From the NCBI GenBank assembly GCA_050273025.1, contig CP158635.1, forward strand, positions 20,088,001 to 20,152,000: a stretch of DNA of 64,000 nucleotides, in the 5' to 3' direction. A model generated the notes under the pieces. It was not told the DNA's origin, made no database searches, and saw only the letters and a list, made by a program, of their open reading frames with translations. A program made the translations under genes and the position numbers. Position 1 is the first letter of the stretch; each line of letters begins with the position of its first letter. Source of the DNA: Cenococcum geophilum. Its lineage: Eukaryota. Positions 37,501 to 51,017 of this stretch are shown piece by piece.

Positions 37501-40500
37501 AGGGGGAGGTAAACACTAGGTCTAGCGTGCTCCTTAATATGCCCTTTACCTATATCTTTATGCCCGCCTTAATAGCTAGACTTAGGCCGGCTACCTCTAT
37601 AGCGCGGATAAGGTTGTCCATTACGTTGTCTACGCATATTACTGTTATACCCCCCTAGAAGGGGTGGTGTAGATTAAAATCACCTAACAGTATATATTCT
37701 CCTTCGGCCCTTAGCAGCTCCAGTAGCATATAGATACTATTATTTATCTATTAGGGGTTATAAATATTATAAATCTAGATAGTCCTCTCACAGCCCTCTA
37801 GCTTAGTTATATATACGTCCGCTAAGTGGTATATAGGCGCCTACTTATTTATATTAATAGCCTTATTTATATAAAAGCAGACCCTTATATTGCCTACTCC
37901 CGCGTATACCAGGTAGTAGGATTTTATAGTATATATTGTATTTCCTTAATCCCTCTGCCATAGCTCTTAGATGGCTAATATATCTAGCTAGGGGTCCGCC
38001 TACTCTACCTCTTGTAGAAAATAGAGTAGTACACCGTTCCTACTATTATTAGTATTATACTATATAATTATAAGTGTTTTCCAGTGTCCTAATATAAGAG
38101 GTCTATACTGGCCTCTAAGTTAGCTAAGTCAGTACCCTTTAGCGTCCGTTTACTTCCTTATAACGTAGTTTTAGAGCCTCTAGATGCCTCTCTCCGGATC
38201 TAGGCTTTTGCTTCCACCTCTATATTAAACTCTATATTTAGTAGAGGCTCTTAGGTTACTAGGATTTAAATTAGGGCGTGTATACTACTATATAGTGCTA
38301 TTTAGAGTGTTAATTAAAGGGTCCTCTAGCCCATTTCCTTCCTAAAATAGTTAAAAGTTTGCGGCCGGCTAACCTTCTAGGGGGCTTCCTCTGCCTATAT
38401 AGAGCTCTCTTACATAACTATCTCCTTTAGCTTCCTTTTCTTAGCTCGTTATAAGACCTCCTTAATAGTAATCTCGTACTATAATTATAATTGCTGTCCG
38501 CTTATAGGTGCCTTATAGGTGCCTATATAGTATATTAGCATATAGGCCCTAATTGCTGCAGCCTTCTCCTACTGTATCCGCTTAATACTACACGCCCCGT
38601 TCCATACCTTATAGTCTACTTTATAGTTAATACACTTTTTAGATAGGTCTCCTATACATTCGCTAGTATTATATTACCTAGCGCAGCGTCCACATCTAGC
38701 TTCTCTCCTATAACTCTTAGCTATATAGTTAAAACCTTAGCATTTAAAGCACTACGTTACTAGAAACGTTGTCTTATGCCTTATAACTAGGTAGTAGTCT
38801 CCTTCTAAAAAGAGGCCCCAATTAAATAGCGTATTTACTAACTCTTTTAACTATATGCCTATAATAAGTAACAATTTAACCTTTTGTCCCGTTTGGACTT
38901 TTCCTAATCTTTTCCACGCCAGCCTTTCTACTGTAAGCCCCGCTATAGTATAGTTCTACTTTATTATATCTTCTATTGTCTACTTAGCCTCCAGGCCTTA
39001 GATAACGAGGCTCGTAAATACTGTATAAACCTCTACTAGTACTAGCGGAACAGCTAGTATAGCAGAGCGTCCAAGGACCTTTATCCACTCTATTTCTTAT
39101 AGCAACCTATCTTTTACGTCTTTATCCGTAACATACGCCCTAACGTTACCGCTTTGTAACTTCTTTACGGCCTATATTCTATGGGTGTCTAGGGGTCCTA
39201 CGGCCTAGAGTTTATATACTAGGGCTTAGCTATTCTACTTTAAGGTTTCCTTATAATTGGCGGCGTCGCCTATGCGGATTGTGATCTTATATACTTCTAT
39301 AGGTTTATAGGTAATTTATCTTATAGCTTAGGGCATTATAGGTGTGGTAGTAGCAATGTGTGCGTATAATAGCGGGCCTATAAACGTCGGTCCGCTCTTT
39401 GTAGCCATCGTTACGGCCTTCCTAAGGGCGCCAATATCTGTCCGGATTGCCTTTATATCTTAGGCATATTGCTCCTGGGTTCCTTGGGTCCAGATAAGCT
39501 CCGCTAACGTGGCGAAGGCTATCCGGAGGGTTGTGATCGCGGTGGTAAGGAAGGAGAGCATAGTGGAGCGCTCCTCGTCTGCATTAAGAGATCGTTTCTA
39601 TAGTGCCTACTAGGTTTGTTCTACGGTTTATATAGTCTATAGAACGCGTTCTTAAAAGGCGCGCTATTTAATTAGGGTGGTTAGGGTGGTTAGGGTTAGG
39701 GTTGGGGGTTTATTTGTTTATTATAATCCGGTTTTAGGGGCTATATATTAGAAAACACCACATATACCTCCACTAACGCCGAATTAGGGTGTATGGTTTT
39801 AATAGAAAGGGTTTCTATAGTCCTCTGGAGCTCGTGGGAGCTCTATTGGGCTTGTATTACAAGTTTCTTTAGCGGGCGATTGCATTATAATGGGTGTAGT
39901 TTTAGGATAGGAAACCCCTTTTACGGACTTATAACGTAAAGAGATTAACAGACTACTTAAGAAGGGCGTCTTTACGGTTATAACGGAGAGAGACGTTCCG
40001 TAAGGCGTCCGTATATTTAACTTACGCTTTATTAACGAAATTAAGCATCCTAGTACTAACAAAGCCTTTAAGAAATTAAGGCTTGTTGTATAAGCTTATA
40101 ATAATAAGGGAAAGGACTTAGTCCTTATATAATTACCTATAACTTAACGGGTTAGTTAACGGATTATACTTATACTTACGCCTAAACTGTAGTAAACTAA
40201 GCCTATAGCCCTCTACTTACGGGATATCTCGTAAGCCTATATATAGTCTAATACCTACCTAAGCAGAGATATTTTTATATAACTACTCTACGAGCTTAAC
40301 TTATAACTAGGAATAATTTTATAGGTTATAAAACCTCTTTATAGAGTACTAAAAGCTAAAAACTATTGGTTTAAGATATACCACTAGCACTATATTAGTA
40401 AACTTAAAATAGAACAGTTGACCTATAACCCCTACCTCCTATATAGCCCATTAAACGGCTTTAGTATTATTAGACTTTAAATAGATAATACCCTATTCCT

Positions 40501-41904
40501 AATAGACTAGACCTTTATAGACGCTAAAGAAACTAAACTATAAAAGGCTAAGTTCTTAGTAAAGCCGTAAGAGTAGTTAACTAAGTAGAATCTAATTAAG
40601 TTTAATAAAAGGGCAACCTAATTAAGCTGACTTAGGAACGCTAAGCTTAAAACCTAAAGCCTATTATAGCAAAGCTTACGGACCTTACTAGCTCCCGCGA
40701 AGAGACCTATAAAACTATAAATATAAAGGACTAATACGTTGCATAGCGTGTAAGAGGTGCCTATATTGCTATAGTCTGTTAACCTAAATCTACCTATAAT
40801 TTATCCTTTACGGCCTAGGCAGTAGATCTATAAGAAGAAAATATTAAGCAGCTTAATAAGCGTATTTAGTGGCAAATTGATAATACAGCAAGGGGACTTA
40901 CTTTTGTACCACTAGACCTAAGTTCTCTTAGCTTACTAGCATTTACGGACGCCTTCTTTGCTAATAATAAAGACCTATTATTATAAATTAGCTTTATAAT
41001 TGTACTTACGGACTATAATTAGGACGTAAATATACTATATTAGTCCTTAATTAAATGCAAATAAGTAACCCGCAGCGTGCTAGCTTCCAAACTATATATA
41101 CTAGCTTATAGCTTTAATATAGCAGCCGCAATTAAATTAACGGTCTAGAAGATTCTATAATTAAAGTAGTTACCCCTAGTTTTATATATTAATTTAAAGT
41201 CCCTCTATAACTGCCTAGTTAAACTAGGTATAATATAAGAGAAGAGGCTTATAATTAACCTAATATGCTTATATTAGGCCTATAAATAACGTGAAATTAT
41301 AAAGGTTAAATAAATTAGCGGCGGAAATAATTTAGTAGACGCTATAACTAAGGCAAAGCCGTGTTAAGCCCTTAAAACCCTAATTAATATAAATAGGCTT
41401 AACCTAAAAGTTATAAAATGGGTAGAATGGGACTAATAGAGTACCTATAGTACGCCTATAGCCTATTAAAAGGCCGTATAGCTTATTATACGGCCTATTC
41501 TACAGACCGTAAGCTATTAGGTAAAAAATGGTGGAGAGCTATAATAGAACTTAGTGGACTTACATAACCTACTAAATTCTGCTATATTCTGCCACGGTAG
41601 TTAAATCCACTAATTATAATTTTCTATGCCAGGTACAGAAAATTGCTATTAGCTTGCTTAGCACTAGCGCCTTAGCAGCCCTTAAGATCTGACTTATAGC
41701 TTATTTACTGCCTATTAAAAGGCTATACGGTTTATTTTATAGACCGTAAGTAGAACTTACGGCTAGCTTAGGGCACCGTTTAAAAGGTAGCCTAAACGGC
41801 ACCTTAGGGGAGATTTTCTATATATTTTCCTTTGTATTTTATAGTTTTATTAAAGCAATTACGGAGGCTGTATATAGGTAGTTTCATTTTTTAAGTACTG
41901 CTAG

Positions 41905-42175
41905 TGTATAATTATAGCACCTGTTATACTAACTGCGTGCTTATACATTCGGTACACCAGGTACGCGTTTACGCGTTTAGTATACTAACCACTTACTTAC
42001 ATGTCTAGTGCACTTATAAAGCACTAACTAATTAGGGGGGAGGTGTATTAGTATATAGACTACGTAGTCTGCTTTATATAATTAATAGTTACCATTATCT
42101 AAAAGAGCATACGATACTATATATATTTCATGCCCCTAGATCTAACTCACTCGTGCTATTAAATTAGTACGAACA
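41905..42175 (+). repeat. Copia 3' LTR
   Basis: tgtataattatagcacc...ttagtacgaaca followed by TSD ttaat. Confidence 0.95.
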
Positions 42176-42561
42176 TTAATAGATAGAGCTATTAAGCTTC
42201 TATATCTATATAGCAGACAACCCAGTTAAATTAAAGTATTAAGACGGGTAATATATAGGTAGAGGGACTTATTCCTAGTAGTAAAGACATTATAGAATAA
42301 GAGTATAATAATATAGGCAATTCCATTACTAATTTAAGCTTTTATTATTATTATTATTATTATATTATCTTTAAACATAATTAGAGAGGAGCAGCTATTA
42401 AAGATATAGGTAATTTTAGAAGTAAATCCCGTATTTATATATATAGAGGTAATAAAAGCGTATATAGATATCCTAAAATATATTAAGGCGGGTTAGTTTA
42501 CGCATATTTTAGTATTACTAGAGTTACTATTAAGTAAACGGTTCTACTATATCCTTATTTA

Positions 42562-45500
42562 AACGGAACTGGAGCTCTTGCTGCACCCGGCCTAAAAAGA
42601 CTAAAACTAACTAAAAGAACCCTAAAAAACACCTAGAGAATCCCCCTGAGATGCATGCATTACAGGGGAGGCACACGTCAAACGACGGTGGCTCGCACTT
42701 GCGCGCGACCGCTAGAACTACGCCTAGCAATGGCCCTCCACAACAAAGACGGGCGAATACCACACCATAAAGCGGAAATACCTCTATTAAGAAGGCATCT
42801 AATAAAATATAAAGCCTATTAGACGCGTTTAGTATCCAGAATTGCGGGGGAGTAACCGTTAGCTATAATAAATTAATGCAGCTAGTAGAATGGCTCCGCC
42901 AGTCCAGCAAACCTTAGGCGCCCCTCCAGTAAACCCTTAATTAAATCCTCTAACGGCTAAGCAAAATTAAAAATAAGCATAACTCCCCCTTACCAGCGAA
43001 CCGCACCTAGGCCGCCGTAGCTGCGCTTTTATAGCATAGGGAACCTACTTCTCTTAAGTTAATAACCGGGTATATAATTATAATATAACCAAATATAGAA
43101 TAAGCAGAGGGGCTTAGGGGATAATTAAAAATAGAAGTCCTTATAGAGATACGTAAAGAGGTCCACGACGCTGTTATAGTCCGACACCTTAAGAGCGGAG
43201 ATATTAGAGTCACCCTAAAGGACTAACAGGTAAAGGAACAAGCCGTAAGGGTAGGGGATAGGCTAAGAGAACGTATTAGTATAAAAGTACTCCGCGAGGA
43301 TTACCTAGTTGAAGTCCCAGCGGTTCCTATAAGCCTTAGGGTAGAAAAGGGACGCTAGGTGGATAACACAGCAATTATATAGGAGATAGTAAGACAAACG
43401 GAACGCCTTATACTAGGACTCAAAATCACCTAAATCTAATGGCTTTAATAGGAAAATGCAAACTAAGTATATAATAAGAACAATAAGAGGACACAAGGGT
43501 TGCCGGAGACTCGCTAGGGAGATGCTAGACGAACGTATAGCTCCCTTATTGTCAGCACACATACACCAGAAATGCAAAAACTCCTTATCTAAAAAGGAAT
43601 AATTATAAATGGCCTTATATACAACACAAGGCTCTACAACCACAGACTACGCCTAGAACGATGCTATCGCTATATACAATGGGGACACACCCAATCTATA
43701 TGCGCAGCACAGGTGTGCTACGGCCACTGTGCAGGCCCCTATAATACGAGATATTGCTTAAATTAAGACTAAACAAAATGCGCGAACTGCCACCAAAGCA
43801 TATATAAGGCGTAGGAGAGAGAAGACTGCATTAAATACAGGAGACGGAAGGTAAGGGCTTAACAGCTACGGGAATAACTACACGCTAGGTTATATAAATA
43901 GAAATAACAGGCGATAAGCTAGGGGGACGCAGGTGCTTTCCTAGCGTTTCCTACCTTTAACACTAGAGGGCTAGGCTAGCCATCCTAAGCCTTAACGGGC
44001 CAGAAGCGATGCCGCGCAATATTACCAGACTAATTAGAAATATAAGGGTCACAGGGGACACAAGGGAGAGGACGCCCCGTAGGAAGACCCCTATAGACAG
44101 CAACAGCAGGCTTAAGACCAGGATAATTAAGAATTAGACTTAATACGGCAAATATAATATTCGCAGCCGACCCATAAAGGGTATATAGCCGACCAGTAAG
44201 AACAGGGGAAAAACCGGTAATAATAATAGATTTAAATATAGAAGCGCTAACAGGAACACAAGACACGGAAATAGAAAGCTCTATACAAAATAAGTAGTAA
44301 CTAGGGTGTAGATATAAGAGACAGAAGCTCTAAATATCCTAAAAAAAGTGGAAATAGAAGAAGCAAGGAATAAAGGAGAGTCGAAGGACCCTCGCTAGGG
44401 GTCCGCCACCTATCCATTATACAGTATAACTACGGCAATACAAACCACTACCTCGTAAGGCCCCTACTAGATAGTCTAGACCTAGAGAAATATTATATCC
44501 TTACTATACAAGAGCCGTATTATAATACCTTTATATAATTAATATACTGCCCCCAAGGATTCCAGCTCCTATATAAACTAAAAGCAGCCATATATATGTG
44601 CTTTATAATTAGTAAGGCTATTAGCCTATCCTTATAGTTATAGCAGGCAGTTAACCTAGACATTATAGTTATAACAATCCAAACATATAGGGGACCGGTA
44701 TAAATTATTAATATATATAACCCTAGGGTCGAAGGGGTCCTATAAATAGAGAATATTATATTGGTAATAAGCTTACTAGAAACCGAAGGTATAGAGTCTA
44801 TCCTATTAGGAGATATAAACCTCTACCACCCGCGGTGGGGGGGTATCTATATTACTGCAGACCAACAGTCAGAGTGCCTACTAAGAGCTATAGATATCTG
44901 GGGCCTTAAGCTAGCTACCCCCCTAGGAGCAATTACATGGCAATAAGGCACCGCTAGAAGTATAATTAACCTCACATTTATAGACGAAGGCCTATACTAG
45001 AGACTTAAAAGGTGCAACCCTAAAGAAGAATAGGCACTTACCCTAGACTATATCCCTATCTAGATACAGCTAGACCTAGATACTAAAGCGCAACTAAATA
45101 GAAAAAGATACGTAATAAGGAAGCTTAAGACAGACAGTTTCCTTAATGCAGTTAAACAACAACTCTAAGACCTAGAAGAAATCCACCCAATACCAAATAA
45201 GCGAGGCCTATTAACTACCCCCGAGGAAATCGACCGAAGACTAGAAAGGATCTAGGCAGCAATTAAAAATGGGCTGGAAGAGTACTACCCGATCTTAAAA
45301 CCGGGCCCCTATACGCGATACGCATAGTCTATATAATGCGCAGTTCTAGTTACTAGCTAATAATGAGCAAAAAGGAAATATATAAGCAGCTATAACCCTA
45401 AAGATAAGAGACGATATAAAGATACAAGAAACCAGCTAAAGAATACCCTAAAAAAAGAAGTAAGGAATAACTAGAGACGGTTTATAAATAAGTATACTTC

Positions 45501-48112
45501 TAACCCGAGCCTCCCCCATAATAAGGGCCTTTGGGATATAGCGAAATGGGTAAAGAAAAAGGCAGGGCGCCTAGTAGAAGACCTACACCTACTACCCCTA
45601 CGAAGAGTAGGAGAATTATAGGCCATAAATAACAATAATAAGAAGGCAAAGATCCTTATAGAAAGGTTCTTCCCCTAACCAGCTCTAGCAGACCTTAGTA
45701 ATATCATAGGCGAAACACTAGTGACTCGCCTGCGGGTTAACAGCGACATAATAATAGAGGAAATGGCTAGAACCATTAGCCGCCTTTTAAATAATATAGT
45801 ACTAGGACCAGATAGGATTCTAAATAAGGCCCTAAAAATCTATGGGCCACTTATAGCACCTTAGCTTGCAGATATAGCTAGAGCATGCTTTACTATAGGC
45901 TACTACCCGCGACTCGGAAGATCTATAACAATGGTTGTTTTATGAAAAAAAGGCAAAGCAGATTACTTAATCCTAGGAAGCTACCGCCCTATTGCCTTAA
46001 AAAACACCCTTAGTAAGATCTTAGAAAGGGTAATAGCGGAACATATAGCAGATACGGTAGAGGAATACGCCCTACTACTATAAAGCCAAATGGGGGTAAG
46101 AAAGAACCGCTTAACACTATTAGCACTTACGCTACTCGCTACCACTATTAAATCTGCATAGGCGATGCAAAAGGACTTCGTAGTATTAATGCTTAGCCTA
46201 GATATTAGTGGTGCCTATAACAATATACCCTATAAGCGTCTCCTACATATCTTTAGGGCAAAGGGCTTCCTAGAATAGATTATATAATTTATCCAAGGGT
46301 TTATAGGCCAGAAAGAAATATTACTAGTCTTTAGCGGATACCAGAGCCCCCCTATTACAGTTATAATAGGAATACCATAAGAATCACCCCTCTCGCCTAT
46401 ACTCTTCCTTTTCTTTATAAGCAACCTGCTTAACTCCTTTAAGGAAGGGGCGACCTAAGAGATAGGCTTTGTTAATAATATAAACCTAATTATATATGGG
46501 CCAATAGCCGCAGAGAACTGCAGAACACTAGAGAAAGCCTATAACACTTATATAGAGTAGGCAAAACGTTATAGAGTCTAATTCTCACTAGAGAAATACC
46601 AGCTAATCTATTTTATAAGAAAACGCAACTAATCTGCAGATCTCTAGCATATAATTCGCATCTAAGGCTTTAGGGGTTAACCAGTTTAGGGCCTAAGGGT
46701 ATTAGGAGTATGGGTAGACAGCAAGCTCCGGTAAAGCGCATATGCGGCGTAAGCGGCCTATAAAGGCCAAGTATAGTTCATCGCTTTATCTAGGATTGTC
46801 AATTCTATATAGGGTCTATGCTTCTAGAGGTTACGCCTACTATATACAGCAGTTATCCGGCCAACTATAATATATAGATCCAGTATCTAGGCCATTGGAG
46901 AAACTAAGAAGGGCCCCCTAAAATCACTCCTTAAACCACTTCAAAAGGTCCAAACAGCCTGCCTTTAGAGTATCACAGGCGGGTACAAGCGAACGGCCAT
47001 AGTACTGCTTAAGAAGGAATCCAATATTCCCCCCCTACAGTTACATATTAAAGCCGCTGTAATATAAAGAACGCAAAATAAACGCAACTCTAATGTCATA
47101 AAGTATATTAAGACACGCCTAAGTAAACTATAGAGGGACCCTAGGGTGCCCTATAGGAGAACAAACTAATAACCCCAAAGTAGGGAAGAGATATTAGAGA
47201 AACAGGTAAAGAAAGCAGAAGAAGAATAGTGCCGCTTTAGGGCCCAGGCCTATATAGAGGAGGAAGGGAGACGTGTAAGAGGTCAGCAAAGACAATAGTA
47301 AGACAGAGAAAGGAGCCAAAGTAGAACATGTAAGAACGCTAGGAAACCATCTACCGCAATACAATACTGGTTGGACCAACGCTAAAGAGGCGAATAGGAG
47401 TTAAAGGTACAGAGGCTAACTTAGGCAAGACAAACCCAAGCTATAGCATAGTTAACGCTATAGGGGGTAAATACCTAAGGGCTCTAAGAAGGCCTAACAA
47501 AGGCAGAAAATATAATAGCAACACTCTTAAGAATAGGAATAATAGGACTAAAAAATTGGCTTTACTGGGTAGGTGTCCCAGTAGGTAGCCTAAGATGCGA
47601 ATATGGCTAGCTAAGACAGACACCAAAACACGTAATACTGCTATGCCCCCTACGCACCAATTAAGAAATAATGCTCTCAGCAGCTGGCATAGAGAACTAT
47701 AATACACTGCTCTTAATATAAAAAGGCCTTAAGGCGGTTACCCAGTGGCTTATTAGTTAAAATATGCTAAATCAGTTCCGGGTTATAAGGGAAATAGTAA
47801 TAGAAGGCAAGGGGGCGAGCAGTAGGTGCCCCCTAGTAACTCTACAGTAGTAGAGTAAAAGTTTATAATACTAGCGCGTCCGTAGGCTTGTTACGGCAGC
47901 AGTGGTTCCTAAGGAGGTTAAACAGTAAGGTAGTAAAGCACCATAGGCGACTCGTAGGCGCTAAGTAGGCGAGTCCTAAAAGGCGGGGAGATAGATTACG
48001 GGGTTTTCTTATTTTTCTTAAATAGAGTTTTCTCCCCATATGTAAATAAGGAGTAGTCCGCGTGGGCCTAGTAGGGATCCGAATCGGACGTTAAGCAATG
48101 AATTATTATTAT
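42562..48112 (+). mobile_element. LINE-2: Tad1-like non-LTR retrotransposon, full length, RIP-degraded
   Basis: 14-bp TSD tatatccttattta (42548-42561, 48113-48126) and (ATT)n tail. ORF1 from ATG 42730 with knuckles at ~43660-43830. ORF2 ~44410-47860 with APE (LLGDINLYHPRWGG), RT (GSYRPIAL, GIP*ESPLSPILFLFF, FVNN) and C-terminal finger. Confidence 0.94.
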
Positions 48113-51017
48113 TATATCCTTATTTAGCCCTTTTTTCGCTTATATATTTTCTTAGTTATAATTAGTAAGTATTATCTAGTTGCTAACTAGGGTAAAAGCT
48201 TCCGGCCCTATTATATATAGCTCTTTAAGGTCTAGTTACTACTTAGTCTAATAGTACTATAGTTTATATATACTGTAATACTTAATAAGGAGACGTATAT
48301 AAAGGTAATAAAGCTAGTAGGGTTTTCTTAAAGTATAACGGATCTTAAATAAATAAATATTAATTGGCCTAACCTATTTATTATTAGGGACTATATTAAG
48401 AGGAGGGATAAGAACGATTACAAGGCACTATTCTTTATTATTAAAGAGGTATTTAAGGAGGTAGTAATAGAGGAGGATTATACATCCGTAATCCTTAATT
48501 AGATATTTATAAGGTTTAGTAAAATATCTATATTATTTAGCTAAACGCCTATAGCGCCTAATAGGATATTTATATCTTTTAGTTAAATATCTACTACCTC
48601 TATTTATTAATTAGCTGGGTAGATCTAAAATCTAGTAGGAGGTACTATATAGCTAGAGGGACGAAAGGTTCTAAGTCCTAAATTAATTCCTAAATAATTA
48701 TCTTTCTTTATACTAAAATCTATATCTATAAGTATATAAATACTATCTATTCGTGGCCTATAACTAAGGGCTATACTATTAAGTAGGCTAAAATAGCAGT
48801 GCGGAGTTATTATGCGATATTATCTAAATATAATAAGAGTAAGGAGCATTAAAATTTCTATATAGAAGACTTACTTACCTATATTCTTATTATATTAGAT
48901 GCCCTAGCCTATAGTACGGATATTCTAGATATTATCTATTCTATTATATATAGTTATTATCCTAATAAAAGCCTAAATATAATACTGCAGCGATTTAGAT
49001 AGGCTGCCGAATGTAATAGTATTATCGGATATATAATTATCCTTATTAAAGACTGGTATAAGGGCGCTCTTATAAATATTACACCACTAAAGTAAAAGCC
49101 TTAAAAACCTATAGCCCCTCTATCTACCCGACTTAGCTATAACTTTATTACTACTAGGATAGCAATATAGGAAGATAGGGTAGCGGATTTCGCCAGTGAT
49201 TTAGTTTTATTCGTTATAATTAATAGTAATATTATTTCGCAGGTATTTACTTAGAAGGAGGAGGATTAAATACTTAATAAGAATATAATATTATTAGTCC
49301 TGCTAATTAAGTATATAGAAAAACAGAAGAGGGTAAAGACTAATATAGAGAAACAGGTGGTACTTCTAGATATATTATATAAGCTTGTAAATAAAGCTAC
49401 TAAATATTTATATAATATTCTACTTAAGCTATATAAGGAGATAAGTCCATTATCCGGAGGTTTATACTATTACTCTAATTGCAATAATTTGTTGCAAGCT
49501 TATAAGGAGTATAATATTATTATACTATATACTAGAAATATTACGAAAAGCAAATACTTAAAGAATCTATTTATAAGTATTAAGAAGTAGATTAAAGGAT
49601 GGCTTAATATAATATACTAGGATATAGTTTAGAGTTTAATTTCTAGTTATATTATATAAGATACTAGTACTAAAGTATTACGTTTCTTCCTTATAAATAA
49701 AGCGGATAAGTATATCTACTTTATTTTCTAGGAAGCTATAATCCTATTTAGGCAATATCCGCTTAAAGCCTTTATAAATTAGTAGAGGTTAGATATAGAG
49801 TATATAGATTTAATTATTAAATAGGCTGCGTTGCAATCTAATAGACGTATTACTATATCTAGAAGCTTATTACAAATACCTCTACTATTAGTAGGTTAAT
49901 AGGGACCTCTTAGTGTATTAACTATAAAAAGTGCTAGCCTTAATGAACCGTTATAAACCGAAGTGTTACCGCCCTTATAGCTATTATTAGTATCTAGCTT
50001 GTAAATGGATATAACTAAGTCTTAAATATTTTAGCTTATATTAACCTAAGACTTATAGATAAACTGGTCCTAGACTATATATACTACTCTATTACAGTTA
50101 TTTTAATAGCTGGATATTTAATATCTATATACTATAGATATACGGCTACCTGCTTAAAAATTATCTAGTATATATTTATAGTACCCTTAAATTAACCTTT
50201 AGTATCCTAATAACTCCCTATAGTACCTCTATTATTCTTAATAACCTTTTAATATCACTTTATACAAATTTTATAATTCTTTACTACCTTAGTTTATATC
50301 TTAGAATAACCTAGGTATTAGTTTACGGTATAGCCTTTAAGCTCTACAGTAGAGGTCTAATAGTATTGTTAGCTCGAATATAGGTAGCGCTAGTTTATAG
50401 TATAATGTTTAATCTCCGCAGCGATCTCTATATACGGTTATTATAAATTAATATAGCCTTGTTAATAATCCTGCAAGTAATAGTCTATTATTAGTAGCAA
50501 TCTATAGTAATTTCGTATTAACGGCGACGGCAAACTACCGTATTATAGTACCCTCTATAGTAACTTAGCAGTAGGATACTAGAAGGGAATTAGCCTATAT
50601 AGCGGGTATGGACGGATATCTACAGAGTTAGTGTAATAATTTAGTAGCTTATCAATTAACCTAGGCTTATCGCTTATAGCGGCTTTTAAATAGTTCGTCC
50701 GATTAGTTATATATTAGTGCTTAATAACCGTATACTTTGCCTAGTGGCTTACTGGTATAGTTAAAAAGCTTATCCTAATATATAGACTTACGGGCTAATA
50801 TATTAACCACTATAGAGTTAGCTCCCTTCTAGCTAGTAGAATTAATTAAAGGTAAATTTAGCACTTATTGCCGCTCTACTTAAGTAAGAAGTACTACCTC
50901 TACTTATATAGCTAGTGCTAATATAACTCTAAGCTAGTCTCTTTAGCCAATCCTCCCCTCTAGTACTACACTAGCTAGTAGTATAACCTTAAAAAAGACG
51001 TAGAGATGTCTATTTAC

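Larger units (their letters stand above)
31481..39896 (-). mobile_element. LINE-1: Tad1-like non-LTR retrotransposon, full length, RIP-degraded
   Basis: 13-bp TSD tagttttag(t/g)ata (31468-31480, 39897-39909) and (TAATTA)n tail. ORF1 with three Cys knuckles at ~38550-38750. ORF2 with APE (~37400-38080), RT (GIP*GLALSPILFLF, FVNN) and C-terminal CCHC finger at ~32430-32495. Confidence 0.93.
27336..42175 (+). mobile_element. Ty1/Copia LTR retrotransposon, full length, RIP-degraded, interrupted by LINE-1
   Basis: 271-bp LTRs and 5-bp TSD TTAAT (27331-27335, 42176-42180). Gag knuckle CFICGKEGYWS at ~29455; integrase LYRCFGH at ~30303; RT KEINRLLKKGVF, RDIS*AY, KPLY; RNase H FTDAFFANN, RSVLASKL, DAITK. 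Integrase precedes RT. Confidence 0.95.
27170..49800 (+). pseudogene. RecQ-family SF2 helicase, RIP-degraded, split by the Copia and LINE-2 insertions
   Basis: RQPS*IKVLRRVIYR*RDLFLVVKTL*NKS at ~42215-42304 (motif I, AKTSWGKS); THILVLLELLL (ILVSPE); after LINE-2, LVIISKYYLVAN*GKSFRPYY at ~48150-48215 (DECH..WG.SFRP.Y); YYAILS; ILIILDALAYSTDILDI (V); ILQRFR*AA (VI); Cys cluster YYYSNCN at ~49465. Confidence 0.85.

Noticed and set aside
39673..39708. Telomere-like TTAGGG repeats (also ~35005)
   Set aside because: They lie inside LINE-1 ORFs and are best explained as RIP-converted Pro/Gln/Thr codons on the minus strand.
42181..49800. Host SGS1 gene or Helitron helicase
   Set aside because: Motifs are RecQ/SF2, not PIF1. 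The sequence is as RIP-saturated as its TE neighbours, implying a multicopy mobile origin rather than the single-copy host gene.
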